From Myxococcales bacterium (lineage in GTDB: Bacteria > Myxococcota_A > Bradymonadia > Bradymonadales > Bradymonadaceae): a stretch of DNA of 39,888 nucleotides. This document shows positions 23,451 to 31,259 of the stretch, one piece after another; position 1 is the stretch's first letter, and every line of letters begins with the position of its first letter. The DNA is taken from assembly GCA_007131755.1 (NCBI GenBank), contig SLPW01000101.1:1-39888 (forward strand), read 5' to 3'. Made by a program: the position numbers and the translations under genes. The notes beneath the pieces are model-generated. The model made no database searches. It was not told the DNA's origin and saw only the letters and a program-made list of their open reading frames with translations.

Positions 23451-25096
23451 AACGAGGGCATGGAGATCATCGAGGAACGCGGGGGGCCGCAAAGCGAAAG
23501 CGAGCTCAAAGAGGCGCGTTCTGGGCGGCTGTGATGGCTGTTGTGGTCGTCACGATCGGGATGGCCGCCCCGGCACAGGCACAGAACGAGCGCGTCGCCT
23601 TCGAGGCGGCCAACTCCATGCTGGCCTCGTGGCAGATGGGGGAAGCCGAGAAGGCCATCGCCGCGTTCTCCACAATCTCGAATCGAGCGCCCTATCTGAA
23701 CTATCTCGAGGGGCGCTACGCATTTTATAGCGGCGATTACGACGAGGCGTTGACGAAGCTGGACGCAGCGGTAGAGGAAGTAGATCGGCAGGACTGGCAG
23801 CAATTTCGCGATATTGTCGCCAATACCGTGGAGATCACAGACGGTTATGAGCGTCACGTGAGTCCATCGGGAAAATTCGAGATCTGGGTGGAGCCGGGTC
23901 CGGACGAGGCGTTGATTCCCTACGCCATAGAGGCCCTGGAGGAGGCCTACGACGAATTGGGTGAGATTTTGGATTATCGCCCCGACGAGCCGGTGCGCGT
24001 CGAGGTCTATCCCCGGGCGACCATTTTGGCCGACGTGTCGATGCTGACGGAGGAGAATATCCGCACTTCCGGCACCATCGCTCTATGCCAGTACAATCGA
24101 CTCATGATCACCAGCCCCAGAGGAGTGCTGCGGGGATATTCCTGGGTGGATACGCTGATCCACGAATATATTCACCTCATGATCAACCAGCGCAACGTGG
24201 AGACCGTGCCGATCTGGATGCATGAAGGGCTGGCGAAGTATCTGGAGCGAAGGTGGCGAGGGGACAGGGAGTCGACTCTGGATGCGTCGTCGGAGCATCT
24301 TCTCAAGAAGCGATTGGAGGACAATAATCTGGTGGCCTTCGACGATATGCATCCCTCGATGGCGATGCTGCCAAGTCAGGAGGACGCGGCGGTGGCCTTC
24401 GCCCAGGTGTTTACGACGATGGAGTATCTGGAAAAGCAGCTCGGCGACGACGCCTTCGCCAGGCTCCTGGATGCGGTGGACGAGGGATTGGAATCGCGCG
24501 AGGCCTATGCACATGTGCTGGGGACGACCTGGGATGAATTCGAGAACTACAGGTGGCGAAATTATCTACATCGTCGATCGACGCCGGATCTTCCAGACGA
24601 TCCGGACGCAATCTACCAGGAGGAAGTGGTTTTGCAGGACGAGGCGGGAGCTGCTCCAAGTGAGCTCGACCAGGTGGAGAAGCCGGAAGCCCGAAAGCAT
24701 ATGGAGCTGGGCCAGATGTTTCAGGTTCGGGAGAGATGGGGGGCGGCGGCCGTGCAGTACGGAAAAGCTCAGGCACTGATGGGGGACTCGAACCCGGTGC
24801 TCCAGACCCGCAAGGCGAAGAGCCTGACGAAGAGCGGGAATCCGGAAAGAGCGGTGGAGATCCTGCAGACGGTCAAGGATCTGCATCCGGGCCACGTGGC
24901 CACGTGGCGTGAATTGGGGCGGGCTCATCTGATGGCTCACGAATATTCAGAGGCCCGCGAGGCGCTGCGCGAGGCGGCCAGAATCAATCCCTTCGATCCC
25001 GAGATCCACCGGATGCTGGCCCGGGCAGCAGACGAACTCGATTTAAGCGACGAGGCAGAGGTCGCGCGGCAAAGCGTCGATCTGGTGCGGCGATAG
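23447..25096 (+). CDS. Secreted HEXXH metallopeptidase-like (Peptidase_MA_2-type) protein with C-terminal TPR repeats
   Basis: The ATG overlaps the upstream stop (ATGA at 23447-23450). Signal peptide ...IGMAAPAQAQN. Zinc motif LIHEYIHLMINQ plus downstream WMHEGLAKYLE. C-terminal TPR-like helices (GNPERAVEILQTVKDLHPGHVATWRELGRAHLMAHEYSEAREALREAARINPFDPE). Confidence 0.7.
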   Translation: MKRGHGDHRGTRGAAKRKRAQRGAFWAAVMAVVVVTIGMAAPAQAQNERVAFEAANSMLASWQMGEAEKAIAAFSTISNRAPYLNYLEGRYAFYSGDYDEALTKLDAAVEEVDRQDWQQFRDIVANTVEITDGYERHVSPSGKFEIWVEPGPDEALIPYAIEALEEAYDELGEILDYRPDEPVRVEVYPRATILADVSMLTEENIRTSGTIALCQYNRLMITSPRGVLRGYSWVDTLIHEYIHLMINQRNVETVPIWMHEGLAKYLERRWRGDRESTLDASSEHLLKKRLEDNNLVAFDDMHPSMAMLPSQEDAAVAFAQVFTTMEYLEKQLGDDAFARLLDAVDEGLESREAYAHVLGTTWDEFENYRWRNYLHRRSTPDLPDDPDAIYQEEVVLQDEAGAAPSELDQVEKPEARKHMELGQMFQVRERWGAAAVQYGKAQALMGDSNPVLQTRKAKSLTKSGNPERAVEILQTVKDLHPGHVATWRELGRAHLMAHEYSEAREALREAARINPFDPEIHRMLARAADELDLSDEAEVARQSVDLVRR

Positions 25097-25276
25097 ACTT
25101 GAGAAGCCATCAAAAAGTCTCCCGTCGGCATTCGCCGGCTGAGTTGTCCCGCCTCTTTGCGCTCAATCCTCGACGTAGCCCTCCGGGTACGCCTGTGGTT
25201 GAGCGCTTTGAAGCGAAACAAATCATCTCGACGAGCCTCGGTCCGACTTCTTTGACGGCTTCTCTGAGAATGGCGG

Positions 25277-27955
25277 TCAATCGAAGGCGTAGACGACGTC
25301 CTCGCCGTATTCGTCGATCATCTCATCGACATGGTCGAGGAGTTTCTGGCGCTGTTCCCAGAAGAATTCAAGACGCCGTTGTTCGACGGAGGTGGGTTCG
25401 GGAAAGAGGACAGGGTTGACGACTTCGGGACGGAGCATTCGGATGGCAGTGATGACGGTGCGGTCGAAGCGGCCGATCCCTTCGAGACGCTGGTCCAGGT
25501 AGGCCAATTCGCGGCGTTGGTGATATTGGAAGGCGGCGCTGTTGTCGATGGGGACGAAGCGTCCGTGAGCGAAGTGTGCGTTGACGCCGTAGTAATCCTC
25601 GACACCGCTGTATCGGTCGAAGTTATTCGTCAGAAAATCGAAGACGTGGAGGTTAGAGACCTGTCGGGCCAACTGGCCTTTGGTCCGTCCTTCGATATGG
25701 GGTTCGAGGCGGTTGGCAGCGCTGCGACTCTCGTCGGAGAGGCGCGTGAGAAAGGTCTCGGGCTCGGCATCGAGGTCGACCTGTTCATCGGGATCGAGCC
25801 AGGGACGCCAGGTGTGGACGTATTCGATGGGCCAGGTGGTGTACTCGGGGATCCACTCCTTGAGGGTGCCGTAGAGATAGTCGCGCTGGACCCCGTCGGG
25901 TCCGCGCTCTTGTTTCCAGTGGAGTTCGTGGAAGCGTTCCTCGGCGTAGGAGTGCTGACGGGGGGTGTTGATCCGTCCGTAGAGTTCATCGAAGTCTGCG
26001 CGGCTTATCCGGGCGGGCTCGTTGAAGGGAACGTAGAGGTCGAGGGGAAGGAGTTTGCTCAATTTGTAGGCGGCGATCTCGGCTCGCCAGCCCTCTTCCC
26101 ACTCCTCGCGGGCGACCTTGTAGGCGTAGCGATTGTCGCCGGCGGAGGTGAATCGAAGGGTAATGGAGCGGCCACCGCCGAGGGCTCGTAGATCGTCGAC
26201 GGAGTTCCGTGGCGTAATGGTGCGCAGTTGCTGGCGAAAGTGGGGGTCTTCGGAGACGGCCTTTTCGAAGATCGCCTGCAGCCGGGAGGGATCGTCAGCC
26301 TGGGCTGCATGATGGGAAGCCAGGTGGCGGGCCGCTTCGAAGGCGCCGCGTTCCAGGGCTGTCTCTGCCAGTTTTTCACCGTCGGCGCGGGCGGCGTCGA
26401 CGGCGATGCGGGTCGCTTCGTTGATGGCCTCTGTTCGTTGGGCCTCGATCTCGTCGTCGACAATCCAGCGCGGTTCATCGATGACGGCCGGGGCGGAGAC
26501 GGCCTGTTCGGAGTCCGTGTCGTCGGCGACGACCGGGGAGGGGTCGGCGAAGTAGGCGTAGGCGATGGCGGCACCAGTGACACCGGCCACCGTCGCACTA
26601 GCGATGCCCGTGGTCACCAGGGCGATCGTCCAGGGAAGAGTGTTGCTGGCCGCCCGGATGGTGGGGATGGGATCGGGGTCGGGATCGGCTTCTTCGGTAA
26701 TCTCGACCTTCTTGATCTGCGCTACATCGGCCGCTGCGGGAGTGGCATCGCCAGGATCGGATCGCTCGTCCAGCACTTGTGAATGGGCCAACAATAGGCT
26801 GGTGACGCTCTGGGCGATGACGTCGCGGACGCGTTCGAAGATGGGGTGTTCTTCGATGGGCACCCAGGGACCGTCGTCCTCGGCGATGGCGTCGGCGACG
26901 ACCCAGATTCCGCGGCGAAATAGAGTGATGAGAGAGTCGAATTCGATATCGCCGTAGGTCTTGGCGCCGATGCGAAGGCGATAGGTCGTAGCTGTGGCCT
27001 CGGCGTCCTCGAGGGAGAGCGATTCCGCAGTGGAGCCGGAGGATTCGGGGGCAGAGATGGTCAGCGGAAGCTCGACGCCCGGCTCGGGTGGTTCGGGGGC
27101 CTGTGGCGATGGAGGAGGCGGCGCAGGAGGCGCGGTGGCGTCAGGGAAGGGATCGTCTGTTTTCGGTTGGGGAGCGTCGGGGAGTTCCTTCGGTGGTGAA
27201 GGGGCCGCCGATGCTTCGGGAGATGTATCGACGTCCGGCTCCGGGGGGGCAGGTTTGTTGGGCGAGTTGATAACGTCGTCGTCTCGGTCGTCTAGCCTGG
27301 CGCCGGGCAGTCGCTCAAATTGCAGGGACGCCTCGTCGACGATGAGGAGTTCCTCCGTGGCGGCATCGACGGCCTCGTCGATCAGGTCGTCACCGAGCCA
27401 GTCGTCGGTGTCGATCTGCATGTCCTGCGAGGACTGGTCCGTGGCAGATGAGGAATCGTCCAAGCTCGTCGTCAGCGTTTGACCGGTCGTTGCCGCCTGG
27501 GCGGCAAAGGTGCCCTTTCTGCGCCCCCTCAGTTCTTGAAGGAGTGCGCTCGCCAGGGGACGATCGGCGCCGGGACGGTCGGCTTCGGGAAGGCGCGGTG
27601 CTCCGGCCTGATTGCCGCTGGGCTCGAAGAGCCCAAGGGGACCTTTTTGGGGTCCGTCGCCGGGTTCGAAGGCGCTTCGTGTGGGACGCGCGCGGGGCGT
27701 CGACGGTGATGGTGGGGCGGGGGTGGGGCGTCCAAAGATGTCACTGGTGTTCAGGGAACGCCAGCCCGGGCGTCGGTCCGGCGTCGGGTTTGCCGAGACC
27801 GCTGCTCGGGGCTCGGCCTGCGTAGCGGTCGAACGCTCCAGAGCCATGACGGCGTCACAGCGCGGGCAGGCGAGCTCCGCTCGCGCCGGCGCTGCCGGGC
27901 CGAGGCGGACTCGAAAGCGGGCCGCACATCCCGGGCATTGGAGTTGGTCGGACAT
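25277..27955 (-). CDS. Single-pass membrane protein: N-terminal zinc ribbon, Pro-rich linker, GYF_2-like domain, TM helix, C-terminal Fam20-like atypical kinase-like domain
   Basis: Track ORF 25277..28057. The ATG at 27955 (MSDQLQCPGCAARFRV...LACPRCDAVM) is preferred. GYF-like YRLRIGAKTYGDIEFDSLITLFRRGIWVVADAIAEDDGPWVPIEEHPIF. TM helix LPWTIALVTTGIASATVAGVTGAAIAYAYF. C-terminal motifs YAYKVAREEWEEGWRAEIAAYKLSKLL and VFDFLTNNFDRYSG. Confidence 0.7.
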   Translation of the reverse strand: MSDQLQCPGCAARFRVRLGPAAPARAELACPRCDAVMALERSTATQAEPRAAVSANPTPDRRPGWRSLNTSDIFGRPTPAPPSPSTPRARPTRSAFEPGDGPQKGPLGLFEPSGNQAGAPRLPEADRPGADRPLASALLQELRGRRKGTFAAQAATTGQTLTTSLDDSSSATDQSSQDMQIDTDDWLGDDLIDEAVDAATEELLIVDEASLQFERLPGARLDDRDDDVINSPNKPAPPEPDVDTSPEASAAPSPPKELPDAPQPKTDDPFPDATAPPAPPPPSPQAPEPPEPGVELPLTISAPESSGSTAESLSLEDAEATATTYRLRIGAKTYGDIEFDSLITLFRRGIWVVADAIAEDDGPWVPIEEHPIFERVRDVIAQSVTSLLLAHSQVLDERSDPGDATPAAADVAQIKKVEITEEADPDPDPIPTIRAASNTLPWTIALVTTGIASATVAGVTGAAIAYAYFADPSPVVADDTDSEQAVSAPAVIDEPRWIVDDEIEAQRTEAINEATRIAVDAARADGEKLAETALERGAFEAARHLASHHAAQADDPSRLQAIFEKAVSEDPHFRQQLRTITPRNSVDDLRALGGGRSITLRFTSAGDNRYAYKVAREEWEEGWRAEIAAYKLSKLLPLDLYVPFNEPARISRADFDELYGRINTPRQHSYAEERFHELHWKQERGPDGVQRDYLYGTLKEWIPEYTTWPIEYVHTWRPWLDPDEQVDLDAEPETFLTRLSDESRSAANRLEPHIEGRTKGQLARQVSNLHVFDFLTNNFDRYSGVEDYYGVNAHFAHGRFVPIDNSAAFQYHQRRELAYLDQRLEGIGRFDRTVITAIRMLRPEVVNPVLFPEPTSVEQRRLEFFWEQRQKLLDHVDEMIDEYGEDVVYAFD

Positions 27956-28090
27956 GATCGATGTCTGGCAAAGCAGATCGGTGACGGAAAACCTCGGCTT
28001 CAGGCTAGCAGTTCTGGGGGAGAACGGAAATAAATTCGGGGTAGGCGTTCGGTACACGCGGGAGGGAGGAGCAACGGACCCACTCCCTTT

Positions 28091-28140
28091 GGTGCGATGG
28101 CATCCCTGGTATCGGTCGATGGCAGGGATGCCATCGCACC
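28091..28140. promoter_or_regulatory. Perfect 18-bp inverted repeat in a divergent intergenic region
   Basis: GGTGCGATGGCATCCCTG (28091-28108) and CAGGGATGCCATCGCACC (28123-28140) are separated by 14 nt. The repeat lies 136-185 nt upstream of the minus-strand start at 27955 and about 126-175 nt upstream of the SDR start. There is no flanking T-tract, so an operator or 5'-UTR structure is more likely than a terminator. Confidence 0.45.
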
Positions 28141-28265
28141 ATGATGTTTCGGCTCACTGATGGAATCTTATCACACCTGGATGGTGGGTGGGTGTTGTCT
28201 CGAGGTGCGGGGAGAAGGTATGCAATGGGAAACCAATGGAGTGACTACGCAAAGGAGGAATGAAG

Positions 28266-28979
28266 ATGACGGAGATGAAAAAGGGAGAGAGGACTATTGT
28301 GGTGACCGGGGCGAAGGGGGCGTTGGGTGGAGAGGTCATCAAGCGCTTTGTCCAATACGGTGACGAGGTGATCGGCTGGGATATTGAGGCGCCGGGGCCG
28401 GGAGCGCTGGTCGAGGACGATCGGCGCAGAAATCTGCGCTGGCTCAAAGTTGATCTGTGTGATTCGGCGGCCGTCGAGGGGGCGACGGCGACGGTGGAGC
28501 AGGAGGTGGGCGGCATTGACGCATTCATCCACTGCGCCGGAGGATTTCGCTGGTCTCATATCGAAAAGATCGACACAGCGGATATCGATTTTCTGGTCAA
28601 CGTCAATCTGCGCTCGAGCCTGTACGTGGCTCGGTCGGTGATGGGAAGGATGAAGGAGCGCGGACAGGGGAGGTTGATCTTCATGAGCTCTCGCTCCACG
28701 ACGGGTCCCGCCGCTGGCGAGGGAGCCTATGTGGCGACGAAAGCCGGGCTCAACGCGCTGACTCGCTCGCTTGCTGACGAGGTCAAGGAGTCGGAGATCA
28801 CGGTCAACGCCCTGCAGCCCTCTGTCATCGACACCCCCGATAATCGGGAGGCCATGCCGGATGCGGACTTCTCGACCTGGGTGCCCCGAGCGGAGTTGGT
28901 GGATCTGATGGAATACCTACTCAGCGACAAAGCTCGGTCGATCAACGGATCTTTGATTACCGTGTCCGGACGCACATGA
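28266..28979 (+). CDS. Short-chain dehydrogenase/reductase (classical SDR)
   Basis: TGxxGxxG motif as VVTGAKGALGGEV. Catalytic YxxxK as YVATKAGLNAL. The AAGGAGG at 28252-28258 favours the ATG at 28266 over the track start at 28260. Confidence 0.85.
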   Translation: MTEMKKGERTIVVTGAKGALGGEVIKRFVQYGDEVIGWDIEAPGPGALVEDDRRRNLRWLKVDLCDSAAVEGATATVEQEVGGIDAFIHCAGGFRWSHIEKIDTADIDFLVNVNLRSSLYVARSVMGRMKERGQGRLIFMSSRSTTGPAAGEGAYVATKAGLNALTRSLADEVKESEITVNALQPSVIDTPDNREAMPDADFSTWVPRAELVDLMEYLLSDKARSINGSLITVSGRT

Positions 28980-29084
28980 GTCTTCGGGTCCGGTTGACTC
29001 GGCCCGGTGTGGAGACTACCAGTCGGGTCGGCGGTGTGTACGCCATTGAAATTCACCCCTGTTTAGATGAGGAGAGAGGCGACG

Positions 29085-29717
29085 ATGGAAGACAAGATTA
29101 CGGTCATCGACCACCCGCTGATCCAACACAAATTGACGCTGATGCGGCGCAAGGAGACCAGTACGGGGAAGTTTCGCACCTTGATGAGAGAAGTGGCGTT
29201 GTTGCTGGGCTATGAGGTGACCCGCGATCTTCCGTTGGAGGAGAGGGTCATCGAGACGCCGCTGACAGAGATGAAGGCGCCTCATCTGGTGGGCAAGAAG
29301 CTGGTCATCGTGCCCATCTTGCGGGCCGGCATCGGGCTGGGAGACAGTCTGTTGCAGTTGATGCCCTCGGCACGGGTGGGTCATATCGGGCTGTACCGCG
29401 ATCCGAAGACTCTGGAGGCGGTGGAGTATTATCTGAAGGTGCCGGAGAATATGCACGATCGGGACGTCATCGTCGTCGATCCGATGCTGGCCACCGGAAA
29501 TTCGGCCGCCGAAGCGGTGAAGAGAATCAAGGAATTCGAGCCGCGTTCGATCAAATTTTTGTGTCTGTTGGCGGCACCGGAGGGAGTGGAACACTTCGCC
29601 GAAGTTCACGGGGACGTGCCGATGTATACGGCGGCGCTGGACGAAAAGCTCAACGAAAAAGGCTATATCATTCCGGGACTGGGCGACGCCGGTGACCGCC
29701 TGTACGGAACGAAATAA
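29085..29717 (+). CDS. upp: Uracil phosphoribosyltransferase
   Basis: [31 protein letters not shown]... is the typical Upp N-terminus. PRPP-binding loop [15 protein letters not shown]-terminal [26 protein letters not shown] Shine-Dalgarno. 210 aa. Confidence 0.93.
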   Translation: MEDKITVIDHPLIQHKLTLMRRKETSTGKFRTLMREVALLLGYEVTRDLPLEERVIETPLTEMKAPHLVGKKLVIVPILRAGIGLGDSLLQLMPSARVGHIGLYRDPKTLEAVEYYLKVPENMHDRDVIVVDPMLATGNSAAEAVKRIKEFEPRSIKFLCLLAAPEGVEHFAEVHGDVPMYTAALDEKLNEKGYIIPGLGDAGDRLYGTK

Positions 29718-31017
29718 GCAGGAGCACTAAGAGTGCGAAGGCGGCGGGGACGGAGGCTGGTAGATTTGTGCCGGCGACATTGTTGCATCCACCGGCCACT
29801 CCCTGAGAAGGGGTGACGAGGCTCGCCGCGGTGTCGTCGTCCCCGTCCCCGTTGCCATCATCGTCGTCGTCGTCTTCGTCACGTGGTGCTTGCCCGGTTG
29901 TGACACAGCGGTCGTCGTCACAGCCGGCATTGCAGGACTCGGTACTTGTGATTTCGCCATCGACACACTCCACGCGTATGCGCTGGTTGAAGCAGTACCA
30001 GCCGTCGTCATCAGCCTCGTCGATACAAAATCCTGATTCGCTTTCCTCAGGGGGGCTCGAGCAGGCGGTATCGGAACATCCGTAGGCGCAGGTGTCGACG
30101 GCGGTGGATTCGTCGCCGCTGCACTGCACTCGTTCGGTCTCGTCGAAGCAATGCCATCCGTCGTCGTTGTCGGCACAGAAGAGATCGTATTCGGAGGGTT
30201 CCTCCCAGGGGCCGCCGCACTCCCCACCGGCGCGCTCGATATGAATGTCTTCGCCGTAATAAAAGGGCATCATCTCTTCGTAGGTCCAACCCCGGTCGGC
30301 GAGGCAGGATTGGCCGTTTTGTGATGCACAGCCGCGGTTTTGAGGGTTGTCATGACAACTGGCGGGGGTCCATCCGAGAGAGGTCATCTCGATATTGCAC
30401 TCCGATTGTCCAAGGTTGTAGGTCACGAAGTGCTCTGTGCTCGTCGGGTCGGAGCCCGTGCCCTGGCAGGCGCTCTCGACGGGATCGCCGCCGGGATTGG
30501 CGGGGTGTGCGCCGGCGACGTAAAAGGGAGCGACGACCTCACCGTTCCAACTCAAATATTGGCCGCGGGTGGCCCGTGCGGCTTCGAAGTGGCGCTCGCT
30601 GGCGTCCGTATAGGTGCAGTCATACACCTGATCGGCCTGGCTGTTGACCACGGAGTCGGCGCCGGCGACGAAGAGCTTGTAGTAGATATAGCCGCGGGCC
30701 TGCACGGCCTGAGCTTTCAGGGCCTCCATGGGGGCGTTGCCATTCTCGCAGGCCACCACGTTGGGGATATAGTCCTCCTCGATGTCGATGTCGCCATACC
30801 CCTCGACGTGGATGGTGCAGGGCGCTTCGGCGGGAAGCATGGGCTGCATGGTTTGATCGCGATCCTCGTCGACGACGGGGCCCCCGATATTGGAGCGAGG
30901 AGTCGGCTCGTCGTACTCACCGCAGGCGGCGATGGAGATGAGCAAGAATGCCGTCGCACACAGAGCGATCGTACGGTGAAGAGGGTGGGCGGGCTCTTCT
31001 GGTGGTTCGGCGTTCAT
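29668..31017 (-). CDS. SpoIID/LytB-domain lipoprotein with duplicated Cys-rich modules and a MYXO-CTERM-like C-terminal sorting tail
   Basis: Track ORF 29668..31314. The ATG at 31017 follows GGAG. Lipobox LLISIAAC. SpoIID-like [33 protein letters not shown]. Two about 36-aa repeats ([35 protein letters not shown] and [35 protein letters not shown]). A poly-D run is followed by the tail [37 protein letters not shown]. Confidence 0.7.
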   Translation of the reverse strand: MNAEPPEEPAHPLHRTIALCATAFLLISIAACGEYDEPTPRSNIGGPVVDEDRDQTMQPMLPAEAPCTIHVEGYGDIDIEEDYIPNVVACENGNAPMEALKAQAVQARGYIYYKLFVAGADSVVNSQADQVYDCTYTDASERHFEAARATRGQYLSWNGEVVAPFYVAGAHPANPGGDPVESACQGTGSDPTSTEHFVTYNLGQSECNIEMTSLGWTPASCHDNPQNRGCASQNGQSCLADRGWTYEEMMPFYYGEDIHIERAGGECGGPWEEPSEYDLFCADNDDGWHCFDETERVQCSGDESTAVDTCAYGCSDTACSSPPEESESGFCIDEADDDGWYCFNQRIRVECVDGEITSTESCNAGCDDDRCVTTGQAPRDEDDDDDDGNGDGDDDTAASLVTPSQGVAGGCNNVAGTNLPASVPAAFALLVLLLISFRTGGHRRRPVPE

Positions 31018-31259
31018 GGTCACTCCGGAGGAAGGGGGAATCCGCGGGCACCAAAGTATTCCATGAACGAGTGATGGGGGCAAACGGGGGCCAATATGAT
31101 TGGTGTGAGATGTCGATAGGGGGATTGTAAGTTGTTGAAAAGGCGGCAGTTTTGGTTGATCTGTCGTTTCTTCGCCGTGTAGAACGAAGAGTGTCTGCCA
31201 GCAGGAAACAGGTGGATACAGGAAAGTTGAGATCACGATTCTTCGGCGGCGAGGCAGTA

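Noticed and set aside
25331-26191. 286-aa plus-strand ORF opposite the Fam20-like domain (similar cases at 30340..31074, 32767..33564, 39017..39799, 18486..19133, 19212..19997 and 15678..16397)
   Set aside because: All are antisense shadows of genes with recognisable motifs or signals. They are Gly/Val/Asp-rich with no start-site support.
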